DNA of 64,000 bases from a virus: IMG/VR virus record IMGVR_UViG_3300028584_001238; one strand, written 5' to 3'. Made by a program: the position numbers and the translations under genes. Shown one piece after another: positions 20,824 to 30,054 of this stretch (position 1 is its first letter; each line of letters opens with the position of its first letter). Below the pieces are notes generated by a model. It worked only from the letters and a program-made list of their open reading frames with translations. It made no database searches and was not told the DNA's origin.

Positions 20824-21471
20824 TTAAATATTAATCATGTCAGTTAAATCACCAAGACGTTTGTAGTCAATATCACTACTATTTTCATCAATATTCCAAA
20901 CCTTTAAAAGTCTGGTCTTATAAGTTAACAAATCACTAAAATAGTTTGAACCATTTGCATGATAGACGGCTTTAAATCCAGACGGTTCATAACCATGTTG
21001 AATAATGACATCTTTTGTTGTGATGTAAATAGACTCTTCTGATTCAATAGTGGGATTTAAGTCAAGATGAATCATCATATTATCACACTCAACATTATAT
21101 TTGAAAATAATAGAAGGTTTGATATTGTCTAAAATAGGATAGAATACGTCTAGATCCCATGTTGTAAAACGTAAGGCGTCGAAAATATAAAAGAAAGAAT
21201 TCATCTCTTTTACAAACTCATTAATCATCGGATCATTGAGTTTGGAAACTAAAAGACCATTTTCAAGATGCAATAAATTTTTAATACCAATGTAGAGATC
21301 GGTTTGGTTTAAAGCATAAATATCGACTGGATAATCCCCAGAAGCCACATAGTCTCCGTGGCTTTCACGAGTGACATTAGTAAAGTCAATACCAAATTTA
21401 GCGACCATAATTTTCCGTGCAGACTCAATACTGGTAAGATGGATGGGATCAGATTCGTGATAGCTTCTCAT
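20824..21471 (-). CDS. hypothetical protein with C-terminal MxxI tag
   Basis: Ends DYKRLGDLTDMINI. Confidence 0.85.
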   Translation of the reverse strand: MRSYHESDPIHLTSIESARKIMVAKFGIDFTNVTRESHGDYVASGDYPVDIYALNQTDLYIGIKNLLHLENGLLVSKLNDPMINEFVKEMNSFFYIFDALRFTTWDLDVFYPILDNIKPSIIFKYNVECDNMMIHLDLNPTIESEESIYITTKDVIIQHGYEPSGFKAVYHANGSNYFSDLLTYKTRLLKVWNIDENSSDIDYKRLGDLTDMINI

Positions 21472-22094
21472 ATCATCACCATATCATTAAGTGCAGTTAA
21501 TCTGACAACATCGTCCATTGTCATCTTTTTAGATTTACAGTAATCATGCACAAAATGGAACGCTTTATCAATTCCATATATTGATTGAAAAGCATCACCA
21601 ATATAGGAGATTTGGAATTCCTTTTGACACCCCGGCAAATCAATCTCATCCAGAAACACAAACTTTGCATAATGGGGGTAAGGAATAGCCTTAAAAATAA
21701 TTTGTGGGTTCTTGATTGTATAGGTGACAACAAATTTAAGTGTGAACTTAGTATCTTCGAAGAAATGGATATGTTTACCACCCATTGTCTTCAATTTAAC
21801 CACATTAAGCACCATAGCTCGCTCATTTATGTCATCAACAATGGGCTGAAGGTTAGAGCCAGCTTTCTTTAAAGTGAGATTTTGACCATCAAAGCCTATG
21901 CTTGATGTGAAAGTGATATTGGCACACTTATTAAAGATATAGATGCGAGCTGGGCCAAGCGATGTCTTGGCTGTATAAATAGTATGTTGATTTTTAACCA
22001 AACACATACTGGTAATATCAATGTCATAGACAGATTTCATACGGTCCACAACTGTCTTCAATTGTTCTTCATGTGCCATGCAATAACACTCCAA
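21468..22094 (-). CDS. hypothetical protein with C-terminal MxxI tag
   Basis: Ends LTALNDMVMI; ATGA overlap with the next gene. Confidence 0.8.
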   Translation of the reverse strand: MECYCMAHEEQLKTVVDRMKSVYDIDITSMCLVKNQHTIYTAKTSLGPARIYIFNKCANITFTSSIGFDGQNLTLKKAGSNLQPIVDDINERAMVLNVVKLKTMGGKHIHFFEDTKFTLKFVVTYTIKNPQIIFKAIPYPHYAKFVFLDEIDLPGCQKEFQISYIGDAFQSIYGIDKAFHFVHDYCKSKKMTMDDVVRLTALNDMVMI

Positions 22095-22133
22095 AAAGTT
22101 TAGTTGATTATAGCATAAAACTAAATTAAAGAC

Positions 22134-22173
22134 AATAAAAATGCCAACGTCACATCACTATGAGTTGGCATTT
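22134..22173 (-). terminator. intrinsic terminator of the ncRNA unit
   Basis: Stem AAATGCCAAC...GTTGGCATTT followed by a T-rich tract on the minus strand. Confidence 0.7.
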
Positions 22174-22183
22174 ATTTAAAAGT

Positions 22184-22252
22184 TGGCCCACCACAACGGA
22201 GTCGAACCGTTCCCTTTAGCTTTTAGAGGGCCAAGGTCAGCCTTAGTGGCAG
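22184..22252 (-). ncRNA. D-arm-less tRNA-like element with CUA anticodon-like loop and encoded CCA
   Basis: Acceptor CTGCCAC/GTGGTGG-G-CCA, T arm AACGG-TTCGACT-CCGTT, stem TTGGC/GCTAA around C-CTCTAAA-A; only 11 nt where the D arm should be. Confidence 0.7.
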
Positions 22253-22257
22253 ATTTT

Positions 22258-22612
22258 GTTGCGAAAACAATCATAATCATGGTGTGCTATTACGCCAAAA
22301 GAGAATTCAGCCTTACCATTTCTGGGGTGCCTCCTTACTTGACCAAGACCACAACCACGGCAAATTCTTACATTATTGCAAGAACTGGGCGTTTTTGGCT
22401 GAGACGTTTTGATCTGCAAAATCTACTTTAATGTGGATTCGATTTCGACAAACCGTGGCTCACTTGTCACCGATACCTTTAAATGACCGCTAAATCATTT
22501 AAACCCGATGCTTACCATCACTGTATCCCAAACACCTGTGGCAACCGCTCTACTCATTAAAAGATGGCTGCTTTTAAGCCCACTTTCCAAGATTACATCA
22601 TTGCTTTACAAC
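22258..22612 (-). ncRNA. large structured RNA containing a 23S rRNA GTPase-associated-centre (H43/H44) mimic
   Basis: ~25-bp 5'/3' closing stem; GTGGGCTTAAAAGCAGCCATCTTTTAATGA and GCGTAATAGCACAC match 23S H43/H44; internal helices; own promoter and terminator. Confidence 0.8.
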
Positions 22613-22647
22613 GAGGCCATTATACGACAATTCATGGCCTTTGGCAA
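22613..22647 (-). promoter_or_regulatory. sigma70 promoter of the ncRNA
   Basis: TTGCCA-N17-TATAAT-GGCCTC (GC-rich discriminator); predicted +1 at 22612 is the first base of the closing stem. Confidence 0.8.
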
Positions 22648-22666
22648 CACCTTTTTCATCAAAAAA

Positions 22667-23224
22667 TCATTTATTTTCGTAGGAATCGACAACATCTTTA
22701 TGATTTTTAGCAATCGTATCAAAATTGAATGTCTTTTCGTCTTCGACATACTTTCTGATGGCATTAATGAATTCTACCGGAATCATCTGACCATTAATAA
22801 AGTTTTCTGTTGGCATGTTTTCATAAAAACCACCCAAATAAAATTCAATCCCTTCTGTTTGAATTTCAAGTAAACGAGCCAAGGGCTGACCTAATTGACC
22901 TGAGAACTTGTAAGTGTAGAATGCGTCAGGTTCTGGAATAATTTCACTCAGGAAAAGCGATTCTTTCTCTGGATGATTGAATATGTAATAGATGAAAGAA
23001 AACACGAGAGAAGGATACTGCCGACGAAATTCTTGGTCATCATTCTCATAAGCTTTAATCTCTTTCAGTACAAGTTGTTTGATGTCACCATTACGAACAA
23101 ATACAGAAGCCTTACGCAATGCTTTACGAGCATCACGGTAATTTAGATAAAATGTTTCTGCTTTATCAACATATTCATTGATCACTTTAATGGATTCAAT
23201 AACTGACATGTCTTTTGTAATCAT
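22667..23224 (-). CDS. hypothetical protein
   Basis: 185 aa; GAGGA RBS. Confidence 0.8.
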   Translation of the reverse strand: MITKDMSVIESIKVINEYVDKAETFYLNYRDARKALRKASVFVRNGDIKQLVLKEIKAYENDDQEFRRQYPSLVFSFIYYIFNHPEKESLFLSEIIPEPDAFYTYKFSGQLGQPLARLLEIQTEGIEFYLGGFYENMPTENFINGQMIPVEFINAIRKYVEDEKTFNFDTIAKNHKDVVDSYENK

Positions 23225-23286
23225 TAATAAGTCCTCTTTTAATATGCAGAGTGTATCACAAGTGGACCGTTTTTGTCATCAAATGG

Positions 23287-24252
23287 TTAACACTTTGCCA
23301 TTTCAATGACAGGTTTAATATTGGCTTTAAAATATTCATAATATTCTTTTGTTAACGCCACCGGAACATTATCAATAATTTCATAATTTGATTTAAAGTC
23401 TTCAATAAATGGTAGTAAATATGAGACAATCGTTTTTTTAACATCATTATTAAAACGAGAATATTCATTAAAAATAATAACGTCATTGTGAATTAATCTA
23501 GTATTTAAAACAAAACCACAATAAAATTGAATATTCTCACTAATAATTTGTTCTTCATCATTTGAATTAATTAAACTCTCTGCAACATTGATTTCATGAA
23601 CTTTATATTGTTCTGATGTAAGTAGTCTAACTTGTAATTCAAGCTTTTTACTTTGATTTTGTTCAAATTGTTTAGAGTGAATGGTAGCCGTTGCCTTGTC
23701 AAATGACAGCAAAAAAGAAACAAAAGGAAAAATGCCCTTCATGCTTGAACTTTCATAACCAATTGATTTAATAATACTGTTCACATCATAATTAGACTCA
23801 TTGATAAGAAGATAACTAGGAAGATGATTTAACATATTTTTGTTGTGAGACAAATCAAGGGTAGTTTTGGATGAATCGATCAGCAACATATCAGCATGTT
23901 CTTTAAAAAATAACATAGATGTTTCGGTTAATGACGAATAAATATGTTCAAAAACAATCATAGAAATTGGAAGAATATTATGAAGGTCATCATAATACTG
24001 ATTTACATCTTTAATAAGTTCTTTTATTGTATCTTTTCCAATTATTCCACGACTTTTTCTTAAATGAACATTAATGCTCGAAATTATAATATCTTTATAC
24101 TCATCAACATTACTATGTGTTAAATGATAGATTTGAGCATTATCAAAACCTAATCGTTGGTTTGTTTCATCAATAAAAGACAAAAGGTTAGCAGACAAGG
24201 TTCTTTTAGACGCCTTCTTGAGAAATTGTTTGTTATGTTGAATGATTTGCAT
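23287..24252 (-). CDS. hypothetical protein with C-terminal MxxC variant tag
   Basis: 321 aa; ends PVIEMAKC. Confidence 0.8.
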   Translation of the reverse strand: MQIIQHNKQFLKKASKRTLSANLLSFIDETNQRLGFDNAQIYHLTHSNVDEYKDIIISSINVHLRKSRGIIGKDTIKELIKDVNQYYDDLHNILPISMIVFEHIYSSLTETSMLFFKEHADMLLIDSSKTTLDLSHNKNMLNHLPSYLLINESNYDVNSIIKSIGYESSSMKGIFPFVSFLLSFDKATATIHSKQFEQNQSKKLELQVRLLTSEQYKVHEINVAESLINSNDEEQIISENIQFYCGFVLNTRLIHNDVIIFNEYSRFNNDVKKTIVSYLLPFIEDFKSNYEIIDNVPVALTKEYYEYFKANIKPVIEMAKC

Positions 24253-24374
24253 TAATGTGACCTCTTAGAACATTCGATAAATATTTTGAAAGAATACCAT
24301 ATTTATAACAAAAAATAAACTAAAATTTTAATATTTTCATAATTGTTGACATTTAATAGGATAGTGGTCTAATT

Positions 24375-25433
24375 ATGCAAAGGGGAAAAATAATGCAAGA
24401 AGAAAAAATAGAAAAAAAACTATTATTTGGCTGTTTTATAGGAATATTTTTATACACTTGTTTAATGAGTTTAGGCATGGGTTTAACAAATGGGATCATG
24501 GAAATAATCACCTTGTTTTATAATTCTGAGAGTTACACCAAATATTTAAGATTAACGACTGGTTCTGGAATGGATCTGTTTAGAAGTCAACTTAATTTGG
24601 TTTATGCAACTGTGTTTATATTTTTAATTGCATTCAAATATTATGCTTTAGGCAGACATTATAAAACGGCATACTTACAATTAACATCTAAATCAATATT
24701 GTTATGTCTTATAACATATTCAGTAGGCAAAATAGTAACAGATGTGAATCCAGAAAAAACAGAAACAATACTCACAGCAACCTACATAATATATGCCTTA
24801 ATTATTCTTTTGACATTGTTTTGTGCCAAAAAGTTTTTTCATGATGAAATGAGTGTTAACAAAGGCTTCTTGAAACTAGCTGTCTCATTTTTTGTTATTG
24901 TGGCACTCATTGTTGCAACAGAACAACAAATTGAAAATGACAAAATAAACAAAAGACATGAACTTTCTGCAAGCTTATGTGGTGCTCCAAGTTATAATAA
25001 GATATCAGGTGTTCTGGGTATTGAAGTGACTGAAGTGGTTGTTAATGATTACATTGAAAAATTAGACAGTTTAGGAGAAATTATCTATTTTAAAACCAAT
25101 TATGAAAAATTTACTAACGAAGAATTGATTGGTTTGAAAAAAGAATTTTTAAATTACTACACCACCAATAAATCAGACTATATGAAAACAAAATATCCAG
25201 AAGAGTTTAAGAAATCCATACTGGAAATTAGAAGAGAGATAACTGATAGTCAACTTAGCCGAGATATGGCAACTATCAATGCTTTTGATAAAGGTGGTAT
25301 CAATGCGGTTGCTGAACTGATTAATAATCAGACAGAAGGATTAACTAACTTACAACAAATATTAATATTGAAAAATAAAGACAGTGTTAAATTCAATAAA
25401 GATCATGGTTTATTGATCACAACCTGCAATTAA
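24375..25433 (+). CDS. multi-pass membrane protein
   Basis: About five N-terminal hydrophobic segments followed by a soluble domain. Confidence 0.8.
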   Translation: MQRGKIMQEEKIEKKLLFGCFIGIFLYTCLMSLGMGLTNGIMEIITLFYNSESYTKYLRLTTGSGMDLFRSQLNLVYATVFIFLIAFKYYALGRHYKTAYLQLTSKSILLCLITYSVGKIVTDVNPEKTETILTATYIIYALIILLTLFCAKKFFHDEMSVNKGFLKLAVSFFVIVALIVATEQQIENDKINKRHELSASLCGAPSYNKISGVLGIEVTEVVVNDYIEKLDSLGEIIYFKTNYEKFTNEELIGLKKEFLNYYTTNKSDYMKTKYPEEFKKSILEIRREITDSQLSRDMATINAFDKGGINAVAELINNQTEGLTNLQQILILKNKDSVKFNKDHGLLITTCN

Positions 25434-25478
25434 CAAGATTTAAAAGCCATCAGAAGATGGCTTTTTTGTTAACACAAT

Positions 25479-25901
25479 TTAAACTTTGTAACAAGTGACA
25501 GTAACTTTTGAATCTTCATAAAACATATCATCAATCGCTGCATCTAACAGAGACTGTGCTTCATCTGATAAACTACCATCAGGAAGAACACCAAGTCGAT
25601 CTTTAACTTTTTCAGAGAACTCTTCCAACATCTGCTCTTTACCAGCTTCAGTCGGTTTATAGGTGCGAATAGTATCCGTCACACCTTGCCACATATAAAC
25701 CAAGACATAGCTGGGTTGATAGTTGTTATCCAAAGCGGCTTCCAGAGCATGAATATCATCATGACCTAGCAATTTAGCCACTGTATTACGGTAAGATTCC
25801 AAACTTGGTTTCTCATTAGCAGTAGCTACCATAGACGCATGTGATTCTTCTGTTTTCTTGATGAAGTCTTGAAATGATTGATACATAGTGTATGTCTCCA
25901 A
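25479..25901 (-). CDS. hypothetical protein
   Basis: ORF with GGAGA RBS before MYQSF. Confidence 0.7.
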   Translation of the reverse strand: METYTMYQSFQDFIKKTEESHASMVATANEKPSLESYRNTVAKLLGHDDIHALEAALDNNYQPSYVLVYMWQGVTDTIRTYKPTEAGKEQMLEEFSEKVKDRLGVLPDGSLSDEAQSLLDAAIDDMFYEDSKVTVTCYKV

Positions 25902-26226
25902 ATAAGTTAAGTTTATATTTTAAAGTTGTCAAGATCAGCTTTAATTTTAGAAATAAGCCTGTTTTTTTACATCAATAACCTCACGCTCAATTCTGTTTGA
26001 ATTATAGTTGAAATGCAGTGAAATAGCAAGGTTTAAGATCACTCCAACGGTCGGATATTCAGGAAAAATAAGACTGACCACAGTATAGCTCAAAGATTGC
26101 CATACAATAGATTTATTTTAAATATAGGCTTGATTTAATAAGGTTAACATGCTAGAATGGCGACATTCAATAGTAATGAATGACTCTTATGAACTGGTAA
26201 GGATTTTACCAATAGGAGAATTACTA

Positions 26227-26619
26227 ATGAATATGCAAAACGAAGTAAATGCAACATTGAACAGAATGGTGGGTGAAACTATCGAGTCTGTGAGTGGTAA
26301 CCGTAACGATTCTGAGTTTGTAGTACGTACAACAAGTGGTTTAGTGTTTACGTTCTTACATCATCAAGATTGCTGTGAAGACGTGTATTTGGAAGAGATC
26401 ATTGGCGACATTGATGACTTAATCGGACACACTGTTGTTATGGCTGAGGAAACTTCTAACAGCGATTTGATTGTGGGATCGCCATGTTATCAAGGAGAAT
26501 CATTTACTTGGACTTATTATCGAATGGCGACTGAAAGAGGATTGGTGGTATTACGATTCTTCGGGTCTTCAAATGGTTATTACGCCGAGTCAGTGTCTGT
26601 ATCAGTAACACAACAATAG
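26227..26619 (+). CDS. phage-type hypothetical protein (HxQDCCE motif)
   Basis: HHQDCCEDVYLE...TWTYY...SNGYYAESV, a pattern I recognise from phage proteins; start moved after AGGAG. Confidence 0.75.
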   Translation: MNMQNEVNATLNRMVGETIESVSGNRNDSEFVVRTTSGLVFTFLHHQDCCEDVYLEEIIGDIDDLIGHTVVMAEETSNSDLIVGSPCYQGESFTWTYYRMATERGLVVLRFFGSSNGYYAESVSVSVTQQ

Positions 26620-26742
26620 GAACTTGAAAGAGTTCCTTTTTTTTCGCCTAAATAAATTAAAATCAATTTTTTTTGATGGTTGTTAATCAAAAATAAGACA
26701 ATAAAAAACCATCCTAGGATGGTTTTCTTACACTTAAATTAA

Positions 26743-27084
26743 TTATTTCTTCAAATCTTCTGCAATTGCACCAACCCAGCGATCAGCTCGACTAGAAAGA
26801 GTAGTAGCCAATTGCACTTGATCCAGTGCTTTAATATTATCCGTATACATTTTTCGATTGATTTCAATTGCACTATTCAACTGAGTTACCAATTTATTAT
26901 TTGCCTTACTTTCTTCATCTGTCTTTCCTTGTAAAGAATTGACCAGACTATTCAAAATCCGGCATTCTGCTTGAAGGCTTCTCATCGTCGCCTCAATAGA
27001 GTTTTTAACCTGATAAAGATTAATATTGGACTGTGAGAGGCATTCTTCTGCGTCTTTTAAAGCGAGATCGGTCAATCGAGACAT
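26743..27084 (-). CDS. coiled-coil hypothetical protein
   Basis: 113 aa, heptad-like; GAGGA RBS. Confidence 0.75.
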   Translation of the reverse strand: MSRLTDLALKDAEECLSQSNINLYQVKNSIEATMRSLQAECRILNSLVNSLQGKTDEESKANNKLVTQLNSAIEINRKMYTDNIKALDQVQLATTLSSRADRWVGAIAEDLKK

Positions 27085-27210
27085 AATGATTTATCCTCAT
27101 GAGTAATGGCCTATATTTTATCAAAATAATGAGTGCCTGACAAGTCTTTTTTTCGTTGTCAATCCTCATGGAATGTGCTATAATCCTTGAAATTATTTAG
27201 GAGATACACC

Positions 27211-27693
27211 ATGACTACTAATGAAAAGAGCTTCGAAGATTTGAAAGAATTTCTGGATGGTCTTTATGATACTACCCTCATCAAACGTAATTTGAAAAAA
27301 TATGGAGATGCTTTCATTCAAGAAGTCTTAGCTTTGGTAACATCTGAAAAAGATAAAAGTGAGATTTCCATGCTTTATTCTTACTACGTCGAAAATGGTA
27401 GCGAGCTTGTGATTAGATCTATTAATGAATTCGCTCACTCTAACAAACTGCATGATGCATTGGCAGTATTTCCACTCACTGATGATGATATTACAGGATT
27501 GGTTGATCAAGCAGTTTCCAACATTTTGTTTTATGACCGTAAAGGTGATGAAGAAATCAATATGGAACGTATCGAAGCCCATTTCAAAAATAACCCTGAT
27601 GCTATTGATGTGATGGTGGCAAAATTTCGTCAATCGCTGGAAGAAAGTCTCAATGATAAATCTGAGATTGAAGCTCTGAATGATGAATCTTAA
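27211..27693 (+). CDS. hypothetical protein
   Basis: AGGAG RBS; promoter TTGTCA...TGCTATAAT at about 27156-27184. Confidence 0.8.
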   Translation: MTTNEKSFEDLKEFLDGLYDTTLIKRNLKKYGDAFIQEVLALVTSEKDKSEISMLYSYYVENGSELVIRSINEFAHSNKLHDALAVFPLTDDDITGLVDQAVSNILFYDRKGDEEINMERIEAHFKNNPDAIDVMVAKFRQSLEESLNDKSEIEALNDES

Positions 27694-27731
27694 TCAATTG
27701 CCATCAGCTCATGCATTAAAGGACTTTCATC

Positions 27732-28424
27732 ATGAAATATGATTACCGACATCCAGAAACACCAGAAGAAATTAAAAACGTGAAATCCAAGCTTTCTGTT
27801 GCAACGTATGAACAAAAAAACCTATTTGCCCGTTTCATGGCGGGTGATTATGAATGGGCAGAGTTTCAAGCTGATAATGGCTGTAAAACATTGGTTGAGT
27901 TGGGGTATTACATTTCTACTCGACCTCCAATTGAAGACATTATTGCAGCTTACTCTGATTTTGGGATTATTGCCGAACCCGTCAAAGGGTCTGCATGGCA
28001 TACTCAATCAATGGTAGCGGTCAATCATGATGGTATTCAATATGGACTGGATGATCGTGGTCGATATGCTGCTGAGAAGGATAAAAACAGTATTGAACAT
28101 GCTATCAAGCATTTTAAATTGATGAGCACTCACTACCATAACCGCATTAAGACAATTCATAACCATCTGGTATCTAAATCAAATGAGCCTATTTGGGTGT
28201 TAGCGGGTGGTGGTTATCAAATCCAAGCTTCATTTGGTAACAAGAATGGTTATATTGCTACGCTTGATTTGGATATGAATAGCTTTGTAAAAGTAGGTGT
28301 TGAAAATTCACAAAGGGCAAAAGTTATTAAAATTAAAAAATATGAATTATCTATGGAAGCTAAAAATTTGGAAGGGTTTTTTAGCGATTTTAAAGAAAAT
28401 AACTTTGTTTTAAAGGTTAGATAA
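27732..28424 (+). CDS. hypothetical protein
   Basis: 230 aa ORF. Confidence 0.8.
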   Translation: MKYDYRHPETPEEIKNVKSKLSVATYEQKNLFARFMAGDYEWAEFQADNGCKTLVELGYYISTRPPIEDIIAAYSDFGIIAEPVKGSAWHTQSMVAVNHDGIQYGLDDRGRYAAEKDKNSIEHAIKHFKLMSTHYHNRIKTIHNHLVSKSNEPIWVLAGGGYQIQASFGNKNGYIATLDLDMNSFVKVGVENSQRAKVIKIKKYELSMEAKNLEGFFSDFKENNFVLKVR

Positions 28425-29224
28425 TGAATGAATTAGAAATGAAAGAAAATTTTACATTTGACTTCTTTAATCCTGATTTCATCAGCGGGGGTAAAAAAGC
28501 CTTATCATTTTTGGTGCCAAATGAATTCAAGTTCTTTTTGAGTCATAAAATTATTAGTTGGCTAAATGTAGTTAATGAGTCAATAGATTGTGAATTTATT
28601 TTTGAAAGAGTGATGCCAGATGACTTTACATTACAAGGACAATCTCATTTTTCATTAAATATTAATACACATAATGGAGATGGGACTATTTATTTATATT
28701 ATGACAAAAACAATCAATTTACTCATGCCTGTTTATTATTTTTACAGAATGTGTATAAAAATGAAAATAAATTCCCTAAAAATAATAATCTATTTGAAAT
28801 AGAAATAAACATAAATAATAATATGGAAGTCGATAATTATATATTAACAAGGAAGGTGTCTTCATCAAATATACTGGGTTTGCAAATATCATATAAATTT
28901 GATTGTTTAGGTAAAAAATTGAAAGATTTTTTACTTTTAGATACTTATGAAAAAAACCAGAAATATGATCCGTACTTGTTGAGTTTTACAAAAGAAAATT
29001 TGAATGAACTAGATTTTTTTGATGACTTTTTTAACGAAATCATTGAGACTATTCTCTTGTCACCTAATGATTTTTTAGAATTAACAACACAATTTACAAT
29101 AAATAAAATAAATAGCAAAGAAGAATTTGAAATATTTTATGATGAATTAAGAGATTATTATAAGACTAAAAATTTATCTTATTTAGAAAATGCTTTGGAA
29201 GTTGTTGAAATGATAACTATTTAA
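28424..29224 (+). CDS. hypothetical protein with C-terminal MxxI tag
   Basis: First of three tandem paralogs (TFD...PDF...H.I..WLN); ends VVEMITI. Confidence 0.85.
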   Translation: MNELEMKENFTFDFFNPDFISGGKKALSFLVPNEFKFFLSHKIISWLNVVNESIDCEFIFERVMPDDFTLQGQSHFSLNINTHNGDGTIYLYYDKNNQFTHACLLFLQNVYKNENKFPKNNNLFEIEININNNMEVDNYILTRKVSSSNILGLQISYKFDCLGKKLKDFLLLDTYEKNQKYDPYLLSFTKENLNELDFFDDFFNEIIETILLSPNDFLELTTQFTINKINSKEEFEIFYDELRDYYKTKNLSYLENALEVVEMITI

Positions 29225-29242
29225 TTAAACAGGATTATTAAA

Positions 29243-30031
29243 ATGAAAACTGATGAAACGGTAACATTCGATTATTTGAAACCAGACTTTTCTATTTTAA
29301 AAGGTAGAAGAATCGTTATGGTTAATCTTCAACCTGAATATCAATTTTATTTTAAACATAGGATTGTTCATTGGCTTAATCAAATGAATCAATCGTTTGA
29401 CCCAGAAACAAGTTTTGACGCGGTAAAAATTGAACGTTATATGGTAGGTGACAAAGGGACAGCCCTAATCGTCTATGGTTTTAAAAATCTTGCTGGCACT
29501 CTTCACTTTAATTATGACAAAGTTGGAAATTTTAAAAATATAAGTTTTTCAACTGAGGTTGGGATTTATAACAATCAGTTAAAGTTCCCATCTACCAGTC
29601 AATTTTTTACTGTGACTGCCGATATGAATACACACAATGAAATGCTCGATTATGTTGTAGAGCGTTCACTAGACATGTCAGATACCTCATATGACGATTT
29701 CATGGTAAAGTATTCGTTTACTGCTGATGGACAGAAAACAAAAGATTTATTAATTCTGTATGATTACAAATCGAAAGATGAGAACATGATTATTAATGCT
29801 GATGTTGAAAGTGTAGAAAACTTTGATGATTTTTTCAATAAAAATATAAATGTTATTTTACAATCATTAGAGACATTCATCGACATGTATCCACAATTTA
29901 GTATGGGTCTTGTAAACAACAATGAAACGCTTGACCTTTTTTATGCCGAAATGAAAAAAATGTATAAAGATGGTGTATTTAATAAAGGCTTCGATGAAAA
30001 TATTACGATTATCAAGATGATGACTATTTAA
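29243..30031 (+). CDS. hypothetical protein with C-terminal MxxI tag
   Basis: Tandem paralog; ends IIKMMTI. Confidence 0.85.
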   Translation: MKTDETVTFDYLKPDFSILKGRRIVMVNLQPEYQFYFKHRIVHWLNQMNQSFDPETSFDAVKIERYMVGDKGTALIVYGFKNLAGTLHFNYDKVGNFKNISFSTEVGIYNNQLKFPSTSQFFTVTADMNTHNEMLDYVVERSLDMSDTSYDDFMVKYSFTADGQKTKDLLILYDYKSKDENMIINADVESVENFDDFFNKNINVILQSLETFIDMYPQFSMGLVNNNETLDLFYAEMKKMYKDGVFNKGFDENITIIKMMTI

Positions 30032-30054
30032 CTAGAAATGAAAAGGAATACAGA

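Noticed and set aside
22184-22252. Genome-wide TAG recoding implied by the CUA loop
   Set aside because: TAG ends genes exactly where paralogs end with TAA (30849 and 43225 right after the MxxI tag), and ORFs are not fragmented under the standard code
22183-22431. 82-aa plus-strand ORF (and 22508..22873) across the ncRNA locus
   Set aside because: Antisense to a promoter-defined, extensively base-paired RNA with a CCA end; no RBS or recognisable protein features
22184-22612. tmRNA or a true 23S rRNA gene fragment
   Set aside because: The acceptor stem closes locally rather than with the transcript 5' end, and no tag reading frame is evident. rRNA similarity is limited to H43/H44, split by non-rRNA sequence and closed by its own stem
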